From the human T2T-CHM13v2.0 reference genome, Homo sapiens: 64,000 nt of DNA. The notes below the pieces were generated by a model that did no database searches, had not been told where the DNA came from, and saw only the letters and a list, made by a program, of their open reading frames with translations. The stretch lies in NCBI RefSeq assembly GCF_009914755.1, contig NC_060942.1; one strand, written 5' to 3'. This document shows, one piece after another, positions 44,245-58,547 of this stretch. A program made the position numbers and the translations under genes. Numbering within the stretch: position 1 is the stretch's first letter; each line of letters starts with the position of its first letter.

Positions 44245-46195
44245 CTTAGGTTTTTTTATTAAAATGTAATTTACAAATGGTAAAATCCATTTTGGTGTAC
44301 AGTCTGGTGAGGTTTGACAGATGTGTATAATCATGTAACCACCACTGCCATCAAGATAGTGAATACTGTCAACACTCCTCCCAAATTCATTCATGTTTTT
44401 TGAGGTCACCAGCTCCTGACAAATGATCTAGAACTCTTGCCTTATAAAAGGAGCTCAGAAATGTAATCTGCAACTCTACTTTTCAGACATGGTTTTACTT
44501 GGTGTTATTTATTTATTAAACCATTTAAATAATTCAGTGAAACTACTGGTGCCTGAAGTTGTTAACATGGCAAAAGTTTTTATTATTAATTCAATTTCTT
44601 TAATAGATTAAAACAACTATTTAGATTTTATATTTCTTCTTGTGTAGTTTGGAAAACTTGCATATTTCAAGAAATGTGTTCATTCTACCTAAATTTATTA
44701 GCATAAATGTGTTTATTATCTTATTTTAATTACTTATTAGCTCTAAGAAGACACTTATAATAATGTGTATTGTAAGCCATTTAACAATATCTGGAAACAA
44801 AAAAGAGGTAAAGCTGAAAATAAGTCTTTAGGATTATTAATGACTTTCCTTCATGTGTTTCTAACAGTTGTTTATATTGTCTTTGTTTTTATCTTCATCA
44901 GTCTTACTAGGGATTTATCTATTTTATTAATATTTTAAAATAAACTACTTTGGGTTTGTTGATTTTTCTCTACCATCCCTTGAAATGCAGTATGATTTTA
45001 TAATTTCACTTAGCTCATCTTTCGTTTAGCTTGTGATGAAAACTCAGATGACTGATTTGTTTGTTACTAATATAACCATTTAAAGCCATCTGTTTCCTTC
45101 TAAGGTATAAATTTCCCTCTATTTTTTCTTGAAGTTTCATTCAGTTTTGAACTAATTCGAGTAATTCCTAATATCTCTTTTAATTTCCTATTTAATTCAT
45201 CCTTTTTTGTTGTTTAGAAATGTAGATGTTAATTTTTCAAGTATTTGGGGATTATTTAGATCTATTTCTGTTATTGATTTCAAATGTAATGCAAAAATGA
45301 TCAGAAAATACATTGCAAGATTTCAATCTTTTAAAATTTAGGAATCGTTTATGGAACAACCTATACAATACCTTGGTGAACACTTCTTGTGCACTTGAGA
45401 AGAGTGAATCTGCTGCGCACACTGCTCTGATTGTGTCAGTTGGGTAAGTCAGTCTGTAGCACTGATCAATATCGAATATTCTTCTTACTGATGTTTTTTG
45501 TTTCATTGTTTTGTCAATTATTAAGATTGTTTAAAATCTACCATGATTAAGAATTTATCTATTTCTCCTGTTAGTTCTGTCATTATGCTTCATGGATTTT
45601 GAAGTTTATACACTTTATTCATTTTGAAAATCATCCTTATTCTTCCTGCTAATACTCCATAATTTGAAGTCTGCTTTGTAAGATGTTCATATAGCCATGA
45701 AACTCCTTAAGTTTACCTGCACAATGTATGTTGTTTTCCATCTTATCAACCTGAGTCATACATGGTTGTCTCCTGTAGGACACAAATAGTTTGATCATTT
45801 TTTTAAAATCTAATCTGTTAATACATACCTTTTAATAAGAGTTTAGTTCATTTAACTTCATGTGATTGTTTGCTTTTAAGTCCACTGTATTGATTTGTTC
45901 TATTTGTACCATTTCTTTCACTGAGTGTGTACTTCTCCTTTCCTTTCTTCATGTGGGTTATCTGAATCGTTTTAAATATTAAATTTGAAATCCTCCACTG
46001 GATTTTTAGTTGCACTTCTTTTTATTAAAAAAAATACCACTCTCATATTTACAATGTGCATCATTGTCTGACCATAGTCTTCTTAGGGCTAACACTGCAC
46101 CACTCTGGAAAAATATAAGAACTTGACTAATGCTGGAATAAACTTGTCCTGTGCTATGTATTATTGCCATATATTTTACATACCCATATGTATAA
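44245..46195 (-). mobile_element. Old L1M fragments (3' end and ORF2 endonuclease region)
   Basis: tcatgtaaccaccactgccatcaagata; cttggtgaacacttcttgtgcacttgaagagtg; atttatctatttctcctg. Confidence 0.7.
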
Positions 46196-46299
46196 GTGAT
46201 GGAAATGAAGGTAAGGTTCAGATTAGTGCTTCTTAAACTACTAATATTTGTGATGCAAGGCTCATTGCACATGTGTATTTTCTTTATATCTTTTTTCTT

Positions 46300-46452
46300 T
46301 TTTAAAAATTATTATTTTATTTAAAATTTTTAATTTTTATGTCAATAGGTTTTTGGGGAACAGATGGTGTTTGGCTACATAAATAAGTTTCTTGGGTGGT
46401 GATTTCTGAGATTTTGGTGCCTCCATCTCCCGAGCAGTGTACACTGTACCCA
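46300..46452 (-). mobile_element. L1PB 3' end fragment
   Basis: caataggtttttggggaacagatggtgtttgg...gtggtgatttctgagattttggtgc. Confidence 0.8.
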
Positions 46453-46633
46453 AGGTGCTAAATAATGTAATTAAAATAATTACATTATAAATATGAAGAT
46501 AATCAATTTCATTAATTTTAATGAAACTTATTCTCCATTTATATATGCAGTCTCAGTAGAAAGAAGCACATATTTTGAATTTTACAAGTTATAAATAGCA
46601 TGTGCAAGAGAAAAATGCTGATAAAATGTTGCT

Positions 46634-46783
46634 TTTTTTTTTTTTTTGAGATGGAATCTCACTCTGTCGCCCAGGCTGGAGTGCAGTAGCGCAATCTCAG
46701 CTTACTGAAACCTCCGTCTCCTGGGTTCGAGTAATTCTCCTGCCTCAGCCTCCCAAGTAGCTGGGATGGTCTCGATCTCCTGA
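46634..46783 (-). mobile_element. Truncated, internally deleted Alu
   Basis: The right monomer joins directly to ggtctcgatctcctga; flanks gttgct on both sides. Confidence 0.88.
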
Positions 46784-47092
46784 GTTGCTCTGTATTTTTT
46801 AGAGCTGATTTATTTCATTACTTTTTCAATGTTATCTTAATAGGCGCATATATTGGGAGATTTCCTCTTCTTCATGGGGGCAGGCATTGGAAATTTCTGA
46901 ATCCAACTTTTGCACTTTGCAATTACCTTATTTTTCTTCCAATAGTAAAATGAGAGAGACATAATTTAATTTACCCACATATCCAAGGAATTCATTCAGG
47001 ACAACTGAAACATTTTAGGCCCAATTTATCACAGTTGAAAGTGTCTTACCTGAGAATATTTGAAAGTGGGCATTAAGGTATCTTTGCTCTTA

Positions 47093-47494
<402 letters not shown>

Positions 47495-49774
47495 TTAGTC
47501 ATCAACAACTTAGCTGAAAATTCTGCCTGAGGAACCATGGTCTGTGCTCACATAATAAATCCAGAAACAGTATTTTCCCTTTATTTGCCTCTTCCACACA
47601 TTACTAGAATTTTTATGAGTCTGAAGATGTCATATTCTGTGTCATTTATCAGGCACAGGATACACACTCAAAAGGATATACATTCATTGAGTATTATGCT
47701 AATTATTCTACAGTGAAAACAGCACCAAAGACAATGCCGTAACTTTACTTGGAGTAGATGGCAAGAGTAATCTTTACGCCTCAGGACTCAAAATAGTTAA
47801 AAATTAGCCAAACAAAAATGCCTCTGCTGTGGATCAGTGCATACAGTCAGGAATACGATAAAATCATGAACATTTCTTGATACGAAAAAATAATTGACAT
47901 ACCCATGCAAATTAAAGCAAAAAAAAAAAACCCACAGGCAATTGTTATTTTAAAGGACTAAAAATAAATGAAAGGGGAGACAGGAAGGGAATAAAGGAGG
48001 AAAGGAGGAAGTGGGGGAAGGAGAGAGAGAGATTTTCTTGTCTTTAGTTGAACATTATTATTGTAACCTAATTGTGGCAAAGCACGTCACAAAGTAGTCC
48101 ACTGGAATCCAAAATCTAGTTAAAAATACAGATAAGCAATGATGAACTTTGTTTCCTTAATAAAATATTTTGAACCAATAAGCTATTTATATATTTAATG
48201 GTTTAATTTTTATTCTACTTCAATTAGACAAGAAATATTTTTCTTATTTATCCTCCAGTAGCTGGTGATTATGGCTTGTGATTTCCCAAACTCTATGTGT
48301 GTATCTACTATGTTTAGCACAAATTCAATATTCTTATTTTGTTATGATGATGTAAGAACAATTTTAATTGTCCCAAGATGTGTTTTGCCTTTAACAGCTG
48401 GAATTTTAGAGCTATAAACAGTTATATTATTAAAGACAATTTTGATATTAATTAATAATTGGGAACATCCTGAACTTCCTTTCCCCTCCCCACGTTATTT
48501 AAATGCTGTTTTCAGTGGTATTTATAAAAAAAGACTCATGGAGGTAACAATACAGAGTAATAGAGATTAAATAAATTCATAATATTTTGGGGTACAGTTT
48601 CTTAAAGTAATATTCATTGATTTTTTAATAAAATAAGTAACAAATAAACGATGAATAAAGTATATTTGAAATTGATTAAAGCCAGATTATCAGGCTGATG
48701 AGAATATAATGTATATAAATAGATTATCATCCTCATTTTGAGTGAGAATGCAAAAGATGCTAGAAAAGTGCAATTTCCAATGTTCTGTTAAAATTCCCTG
48801 GGATTCTGGAGTTTGCCTACCACCCATCATTGTGCATATGGCTAAAAAAGCTGCTTGGGCGGGTTCTCAGAAACTTTTACATTATAATGAGCATGTCTCT
48901 ATGATTTGAACAACCTACTGACTAAAAAAGTGTATGACCACAATATAAATAAAATAATAATTATATTATCATGTTAATATGTAATTTGTGAATAGCATTC
49001 TAGCTGATGGAACTTCTCAAATTGTAGATATTTTAGGGAAATGTAATTGTATAATTAATTGCTTAGAGTAATAATGCTGATGAGAAAGGAAACTGTTAGT
49101 GGTAATGCATCTTTTCTGTGCTTAAACATAAATCTTGTGCATCCTTTGTTATTAAATATTATAAATTTCATTTTGAATTATGTTTATTACATATATTTAG
49201 AAAAATGATTTTTTCCAACCTGATGAACAATAAAACCACATTCACTTTGAGAGCTGAATATGTTATTGTATGTCTAGAAAATAGTAAAAAAGAAAATAAC
49301 TAGGAAATAATTGAGATAGTCATACTTCAGGAATTACCTATTTTGTGGCTTATATTTTAATATAAAATGACAAGAGTAACACGCTGTATTTTTTAAATGG
49401 GTCTCTTCTCTGTTTTTCTAAGTTAATAGTTAGTGATTTAATATTGCGGTTTTCAGATTCCGTTTTCAAAATATAGATTCATAAGAAAGACTGAAAATAT
49501 GTCTTTGAGGACTTGTAAACCATTAACTTACAGAAAAAGGTGGAAAAGAAATTATTGTAAATGTGAATACCAACTAAAATTACAAAACTTTCTTGGCAAT
49601 TTCAAAGCCTTTTTATAACTTTATACCTAGGCTTTGGATAAATAATCTCCAGGAAATACCATATTTTTCCCTACTTATGGCAATTCACGAAAGCAAAAAT
49701 ATACATTTATAAAAATATTGAATGAGTGTAGACAGAAAAGGCAACTGAAATTACAACTATGGCCACTATTTCCT

Positions 49775-49969
49775 TTTTAAAAAACTTTTAAGTTCAGGGT
49801 AAATGTGCAGGTTTGTTGTGTTGGGTGTTTGTTTTACAGATTATTTCATCACCCAGGTATTAAGCCTAGCACGCATTCGTCATTTTTCCTGATCCTTTCC
49901 CTCCTCCCACCCTCCATCGGAGAGGCCCCAGTGCTGTATGGTTCCCCTCTGTATGTCCATGTGTTCTCA
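49775..49969 (-). mobile_element. L1PA (older) 3' end fragment
   Basis: aagttcagggtaaatgtgcaggtttgtt...catcacccaggtattaagcctag...gtccatgtgttctcat. Confidence 0.85.
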
Positions 49970-50533
49970 TGATATAGAAGAATTGGTCTTCTCTATAATG
50001 ATAATAGTTTATACATGGATAATAGGCCTTGGGGTCAGGGATGAGCTTCTGTGAGGAATAAAGAAATTTAACGAATGTAATTTTTCCACTCATTTGCGCT
50101 CATTTAACAACACGTATTGATTACCAATTACGTATAATGCACCTTGTTATTTTGAAGAATACGTAGCTTGGTCTGTTCTGATGCCTGTCTCTGAGCACAT
50201 GTTCTAGAAATTAGCAATTCTCAATTACCCATTACTGATAGCCTGTGTTGGCGCCTCTTCCAGTATGATTATCTTCTCTCTTACAGTGTATGGTAGCACA
50301 CTAAGAGGTACTAGGCAGTGTCTGACTCTGGTTCCTTCCTGCCTTACTAGCCCCTACATTTTTTTCCCATTTAGTCGTGTCTTGATCTCTCAGAAACTGA
50401 TATTCACTGATTTGTGTCTTTGAAAGGTGAAGTCTGTTCCTGAACTATCTAGTGCTATTGGAATCACTGAGACAGGGCAATCATTTTTGTTGGGAATGCC
50501 TGAGCTGTAGGTACAGAAAACTGTAATACATGA

Positions 50534-50985
<452 letters not shown>

Positions 50986-51022
50986 TAGGTGTAGCCTCAA
51001 TTTTACAAATAAAGAAGGTGAG

Positions 51023-51385
51023 GGCCACATTGGCTCATGCCTGTAATTCTGACATTTTGGGAGGCTGAGGTGGGTAGATCACTTGAGGCTAGGAGTTGGG
51101 CAACATGGCAAAATGCCATCTCTACTAAAAATACAAAAATTAGCCAGGGGTGATGGTGCAGACTTGTAATCCCAGCTACTCAGGAGGCTGAGGCATGAAA
51201 ATCGCTAGAGCCTAGGAGGCAGACGTTGCAGTGAGCTGAGATAGCCCCACTGTACTGCAGCCTGGGCGTCAGAGTGAGACTGTCTCAAAAAAGAAAAAGA
51301 AAAAGAGAAAAAGAAAGAAAAGAAAAGAAAGGAAAAGAGAAAGAAAGAAAAAGAGAGAAAGAAAGAAAAGAAAGAAAGAGAAAGT
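51023..51385 (+). mobile_element. AluJ-like with (GAAA)n tail, inserted in a MIR
   Basis: Diverged Alu; TSD-like aaggtga; MIR sequence ttttacaaataaagaaggtga / aactcagagga on either side. Confidence 0.88.
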
Positions 51386-52149
51386 AAAGGTGAAACTCAG
51401 AGGATTCAAACAGATTTTTAAAGAGCACATAAATAGTAAGAAATAAAACTAAATTTGATTTTCACTGCAGTACACCACTTTTATATATTGTAATGTTGCT
51501 TATGAAACTGCATTTACCAACACAGCTGTCTACTTCCTTGCTTATCTACCAGGATGCTATTACGTGAATTTATGCCAAACAATTATCTGTGACTGAAATA
51601 CAAGATTTGCTTTCCAGTGTTGCTATTTCTGTGTATACTTCATGATGAGTGCTTTGGGGGTTACTCAGGAGCTCTGGCATTCAATGTTGAATGACAGATG
51701 ATGAACAACAGCACTTTGACATGATGATGCAACAAAACAGCACTGGAAGAAATATCATCCAGACACAGAGTCATTGGATTTGGAAAGTCATATATTTTAT
51801 GGTGGACAAGTTCTGAGGGGGGTTACTCTACATTGTTACTCTTTATAGATGATACTTTTGTTCCATGTCGATCATAAAATGAAGTCTACACATGATTTAG
51901 GAAAAATGATTTATTTTTATAATGCATTATAGGATATAAAAAATATCTTCCAATGAATGGTCATTTGAACCTCACACGCTGTAAGGTGGAGAGAAGGTGT
52001 TATAATACATACTTTTACAGATGAGGAAACACAAAACTACGGGGTTAATATGAATAAGTATCAACTTCTTTCAGCAGTACGTACTATGTTGAATATTAAC
52101 GTGGTTATATTACACATTGGTGAAGAGTGTTGGTTGATCTTGTGGTTGG

Positions 52150-52350
52150 TGAGGTTGGCTTCAAAGCTTGATTCATCATTGTTTATTGTGTAATCTTAAA
52201 AAAGTTACTAAAACTCTTCAGTTTCCTCATCTGTACAATAAATAACAACAAATATTATTAATTAGTCATAGAATTGCTAAGATGACCAAGGAAAAAAATT
52301 ACATGTAAAACACTCAAAATGGTGTTTGGCATGTGACCCTCAGTATGTTC
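52150..52350 (+). mobile_element. MIR
   Basis: tgtgtaatcttaaaaaagttacta...cttcagtttcctcatctgtacaat...acatgtaaaacactc. Confidence 0.7.
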
Positions 52351-53741
52351 GCTAGTCAACCATCACCTTGAAACAATAAAGTATAGTAGAAGTAAAAAAG
52401 CCAGACAAATATTCCTGGACATCTAACAATCTGCCCGTTACTCTTTCTCATGTCTTGTTTCTACACTGTTTTGATTCTACTGTATTTCACTCCCATTCAA
52501 TTTAGCAAACATACCTGTCAGAGGCTTCTACTGAAAGTAGAAATCTTAAGTTCCATTCTGCTGAGATCTTAAAATATTCTCCCTTGAATAAAGTGTAAAT
52601 TCCTTTGGATAGTATTCCATGCACTCAGAAATCATGATGTAAACTCAAACCTACTCTGTCAAATATACTTAGTATGTCTCCTGTCTATGTTCCAACCAGC
52701 TCAATTAGATGATCTTCTGAGCCTACATCTGCTTTAATTACTCTAGGTGGAAATTTCTCCCTGCACTACTATTTGACCATTGTCTCCATTCTTCAAGACC
52801 TGCTTAGAAGGTCAGTTATTCACAAAGCCTCTCTTGATCTTAAGAAGATACCTATATTCTCAGGTTTCTGCTACAAACTTCTTCATTATAAAGCATCATG
52901 TCTATTGAATTAACATTTGAATTTATTTTTATCTTCCATGGAAGATGATGAAGGAGGTAACCAGGGCTTTGCAATCAGCTTTGCATGATGGCCAACACAG
53001 CACATAATGTTGGGCTTAATTTTCCTTATACAGCTCCTGTAAGCAGTCTGCCTTCTACAGGGCTCTGTAATTGTGTTCCTTCCTAGACTGCCTTCTTCAT
53101 TTTACCCTCAAAGTACTTAGGAAGGAGCTTGGTAGACAGACTGTGCAAGCTCAAAACAGCCTAGCTATATTGATATCACACTTAATGGAAAAGTGAATAA
53201 AGAGTACAAATTTGATAATGTGATATAAAAAGAATGTTTTATTTTAAATAATTTATACATTGTTTTCTGGTCATTTTTAAGTTTTGTGTCAGTATCTGTG
53301 ACTATTAAGAGAGGGCACAAAAACAATTTTTCAAAGAGCAAACCACTATAAAATAGCATGCCTCAGAGGTTGGAAAGATGGCAGAAGTTGGGGACAAAAA
53401 AGAACATGTTGGCTGCACAGTACTTACAGATATAAAGGAGTAGTTTAACTACATGATCATACTGTTTCAGGAATAAGGAGATTCTGGAAACCAACCCAAG
53501 TAAATACACAAGTCCAAAGCAGGTTGAGTTTATTTTTCCTACCTCTGAGGAACTAGAGGCATTTTAAGAGAGCATTTACCTCTTTAATAATACACAAGAA
53601 AGTACAGAATCAGAGGCTACAAGAAAATGATGAGTTGATATGAGTGTCTGACATCAGTCACCCTAATTGTTATTTTTATTACCCTGTTTTATTTATTTTG
53701 ATGATACAATTCAGTTAAATTTGTGGTACAATTCAAACAAG

Positions 53742-53747
53742 TTTATT
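53742..53747 (-). terminator. Candidate distal polyadenylation signal of NETO1
   Basis: AATAAA on the minus strand near the end of the repeat-free block. Confidence 0.5.
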
Positions 53748-56700
53748 AATAAAATGAATCATAATTGTAAATTAACAAAGGGCCTCAGATTTATTTAGCA
53801 GGATTATTTATAAAAACATTTCTGGCTATTTTAACAGTGTACTTTTATTTTTCTACCTTATTACACCTTTAAGATGGGCTTGGGAAATATTAATTAAGTG
53901 CATAGAGATTGATAATTAACTCAAGACCTGTTTATTTTGTTGTTGAATCTATTTTACAATTTCTTGGCTGGGTCCTTTACGCTAGAGTGCAATAGATAGA
54001 AATGAATCCATGGAGGGAAAAGGGCACAGAGAAAAATGGCACCGAAGCTAGCTCGCCTCAGTGCAATTAGACAAAACCCTAACTCACTTTTCAAAGCATA
54101 TTTATTTAGAATTCAAAGAATTTTAAAAATGTTGTTTATTTAACTTCCCTTCAGAGAGGGAATCTGACATGACTCATTTTCATCAGAGATACACAAACTT
54201 CATAAGATGCTATTATTTATTTCACTGACAAAACATCAGTAAATTAATTGCCGCCACTTTAATCAAGGTAATAGGAACCAGGGGGTCATATCTTGTAATT
54301 TATTATGATATTCTGAGGTTGAGGAAAACCCATTCATGGAATTTTTTTAAAGCTGTAAAATTTGAGGAAGACCCGAATTAAATTCCTAAGGGAAAAATAC
54401 AGAAAAAAATGATACAGAAGCTTAAGTGAATATTAAAGTAATGCCAACCGTCTAAGTTACTTAACACTGAGGATCATAACTTATGGAGTCATCAGACTCA
54501 CGGAAATACTTCTAGAGCAAAAGTAAATGTGAAACAGAAAAACCAGCAACACCACAATGTGATTTGTTCTCCATTAAAAGCCCAAAGACACTGATCTCCA
54601 ATTATGTGGACAGCCACATTTTGGTTACAAAATCAAATTCAAGTTAATTATGGCAAATCAAACACCACCTATGTCTACTTTGCAAGATAATGCTTAAAAT
54701 TGGTATGTATATAAAAACATACAAAATAAATCAGATTTCCAAATTAGAACCTTGAAATTAGGCAACTACAATACATTTGGACAGAAGTACGAAGCTTAAT
54801 ATGGGGATTCATTGGCATTGCATGTGATTATATGCTACCATTATTTTGAAAAGTGAATGAAAACTTGAAAAAATAAAATGAAAAAGAATAGCTTTATGAA
54901 ATTAACACAGCAGGCTAACTTAATGCATTATTTGAAATCATCTTGTTAAATCAATAAAGCACTTGGGTTGGTAATATTTGAATTCACTTTATCAAAAAAT
55001 ATAATCATTTATTAAAATAACATGTCTTATAAGTCTTGAGACATCTCATTCCTTATCTATGTGTGTCACCACCTTTAGAATGTGGGCCAAAGGCTGCATT
55101 CAGGTGATAAGGTCTGATATAGCTACTAAATCGTTTTTGATATATTGACAAATTTCAATACTGGCTGATAAATAAGCACCGCCAGAGCCCTCCAGAGAAC
55201 ATCTCCCAACTCTGCCAGAGCGCTGCACTCCCAAGTTTGAGCATCTAGAGTGAATGCCAGGAGAAAAGGCTACCTCCAGACACTGCCCAGCATCGTCATT
55301 ATCTTCTTTCATGATTAGTCTGTGTCTGTACATTGTTGAGAAATTTTAGAGTTATCACTGAGGAGGCCTGTTCTTCATTTAAAATACAGTTGTTTTCCCA
55401 TGAAGCTGCTGTGTGTTAAATATATGTGAGCTATTCATTCTTATTATTATACTTCATTTAGTGTTTTTTTTTAAAGTCCCATTGGTAGATTTCTGGTGAA
55501 AATACCTTTTAAGCAGGGAATCAGCATTCTGTATATTCAGGAGAAACTGGAGGGGACGGACATGCCGGACAGTTATAGAACAAATTAATAGTAAAATGTT
55601 CACCTAACTTATTTCACTATTTTTATTGCTGTTACAAATAAAAAATCTTGACAGTTATATCATACTTTTGAGATTATCATTCAAAGGGAAAGGAGTCCTC
55701 TGAAGATTTCTAAATGGAGAAAGCAATATAAGATATGATTAATCCTTTAAAAAAATCTTTGGTGTATTAATTTTAAATTAAAGGGCAAAAAAGGAACCAT
55801 GGTAATAAATAAACCAGTCAAGCCAAATAAAAAAGGGTACATTTTATCATAAGCAATGTGTATAAAACTATGTAGCATAACAATGAAAAATAATCTTTGT
55901 CATGTTCAAAACCTTTTCTGATTCCCTAGTTTATCAAATTCATTGAAGTGATTCTGTAGCTTGACATTTTTTCAAGATAGAGTGTTTATAATGGCTATGA
56001 TAACTCTTTGACTTTTCTATTATAAAAATTTATTTTCTATTTGCTTATTTTTTAACATATATGACATTGTATTCCTAGTAGGGAAGTATAACAGTAATTC
56101 ATCTAGTTTGCAAAGCCTGCTTGAATTGCAAAGTCCAAATTTTAGTAGACCAGACTGCTCTGTTAGTGGAAGGACAGAGTTCTTTAAACCTGGAGAATTC
56201 AGTAGTTTTGAAAATGTTGGGAAGCATATATACTGATAGTAATTCTTATTTTAAAAATTTATTTTGTAAGATTACACATTGAATATTTTAAAAAATAACC
56301 ACTCACCAAATCAAACTTTACAGAGTGTGTATATAATTTAATAGCAGTAAAATATATTTTAGGATTTTACTTTATGTTAAACACATCATAATCACTAAGC
56401 TTTCAGGTGTATTATGTGTACCTGAGAATAAGAATAATTCATAATGGTGGTTTAATTCATAAAAGGGCTTGTGATTTTAAAGCAGTTTTAAAAAGAGTTC
56501 CCTATTCTAAAAGAAGAAAATATTCCCCTAAACTTTTAGAAGCCAAATATTTTGGGAAGTAAACCTCAATACTGAAGGACATCCTGTACCCTAAAAGGTG
56601 GAAAGAGTTGACATAAAATGTGTATTTATGTGAGTCAGTTTTTTAATCACTCTAATGGAAGAAAACATTTCTCTTAACTCAAATTAGGAAATTATTATAC

Positions 56701-57035
56701 ATTTTATATATATTTATATAAAAAGTCGTAAGTAGCAAGCATATGACATAAAGAAATGGAAGAGTAACAACAGTATTTGACAATGCATGCTTTTCACAAT
56801 GTGTCTAACAAAAAGGATATTTTCCCAACTCAAATATCCAGTACTGACATGCAGGGTATTTTCTCAAACTGTCAATTTGGTCATATTGCTGAGTGCTTAA
56901 TCAAAAACATTTCTACTGTAGAGTATGAATGGTAAAATAGAGACTTCAAAAAGGATTTCTGAAACTCAGTACTTTCTTTGATATAAAACAAAAAGGAAAT
57001 CAGGGGTATACAGGAAAGACCAAAAAATGAATTTT

Positions 57036-57041
57036 TTTATT
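57036..57041 (-). terminator. Candidate proximal polyadenylation signal of NETO1
   Basis: AATAAA followed on the minus strand by U-rich sequence (ttttttggtctttcc...tttcctttttgtttt). Confidence 0.45.
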
Positions 57042-58486
57042 GCAATCTAGTAATTTTACTTGTTACTTTTTCCTGTATTTAATCAGAATATAATAATAGG
57101 TGTGTATAGTCCATAACCTCTAGCTGGTGATTCCATGGTCCACACTGTCACTTTTCACTGTAGCATGTTCAAAATCATTCAGGAACGCACTATTCTCAAG
57201 CTGTCTATATAATGAAAACAATGTACATGTAACACAAGGTTCATCCAAATTCGTGTTTTTTTTTCACATATCACACAATGTACAATTATATAACAAAGAC
57301 ATAAAACAACATAGAAACAAAAGTGAAACTGACAATAAAAATAAAGTTGGGATAGTCTTAATCGGGAACTAATTTCTTCTTCAAGTTTCCAGTTAATCTC
57401 AAAATGTATTTAAAAACTAAGGAGCACTTGGTGGCCAGCAACCAAATTACGAAATGAACATATCAGTGTGCAGCGGGGATGTCTTGCCGAAGGAATAACA
57501 AATGTCTGTAATTCTTAAGTTTGGATAAAGGCAGTGGAATGAATTTAGAAATATGTCCACTTTTCACAATTCACTATAGAATTTTCTTTTCACAGTCCCC
57601 ATGTTTGTATAAATAGTTCTTCTCTGAAAATAAAAAACAGTTAAAACATTTTCTCCCAATGAAAAATGCATACAAATACACCAATTTATTAAGGTAATAT
57701 AGAGCATGGAAATGCATTCACCTAGTTCAAGAATAGTTGATAGGCTTGAGGAGTTTAGAAGAGATTAGCTGTCAAGCAGATTCAATTGGAGACAAATTAG
57801 GCTAATATAGATATAAACAATCAAGAGCAAAAAGTAAAGCCATTGTGATATCTGATGACAAAATCGATGTACACGTAGACAACTGGGATTAATGAAACCT
57901 TTTGCATTCAAATTTTATAGTATAAAATTTGACTTAACATGCTGCATTTAATTTTGATGAGATGAGCTACATATTCATGCAAAAATAAGAGTCTATAAAT
58001 TGTGTCAGTACCAAAAATATTTAGTGTACGAATTTTGAGTACAATTGTTGCCAAATTACATAAAGAAAGTAGTTACCAGTTTTAAATATTAACTTCAGCT
58101 ATACTGAGACTGAATATTCTATTTTCTTAGTTTAAAAACCTTGGTTTTTTTCGAGTATTTCTTTGGAGATAGTTCATTAAAACTTTACCTTAAAACATGT
58201 AAAGTTTAGATTATTAATTTGACGTCCTTCTAAATTACATTTTAGTACAATTCTTGATGTTAAGAATACTAAGATTTGTTTTAAAGGTATGTATCCCGAG
58301 AATCATCTCTCCTATAAACACTGAACCCATCGTATTTCTAATTGTGAAATGTCATGAAACACATATCTCAAGAAATAATGGATAAATAGCACATTCCCTA
58401 AAAAACTACAAGACAGTTGCAACAAAACAGAATACGACAAAGTAGGAAAAGGAACCAAGGGCATCTGCTTACCTTGAATTTTCTTT

Positions 58487-58547
58487 CTAGACCCTAGTTG
58501 TGTTGTATTCAGATTCATGTTTGCTTAGAGACCCAATGAGGCAGAAC
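58487..58547 (-). CDS. NETO1: NETO1 last coding exon, (R)FCLIGSLSKHESEYNTTRV-stop; the exon continues as UTR to 58473
   Basis: Acceptor aacattccAG|GTTCTGC at 58547. Phase matches the previous exon (CG+G = Arg). Translation ends in the known TRV class I PDZ ligand, TAG at 58489-58487. Donor AAG|GTAAGC at 58472. Confidence 0.95.

Larger units (their letters stand above)
53722..57623 (-). other. NETO1: NETO1 terminal 3' UTR exon (about 3.9 kb; 3' end approximate)
   Basis: Strong acceptor ctgttttttattttcAG|AGAAG at 57623. About 4 kb of AT-rich sequence with no recognisable repeat, unlike the rest of the window. Minus-strand AATAAA at 57036-57041, 56258-56263, 55622-55627, 55008-55013 and 53742-53747. 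Confidence 0.7.
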
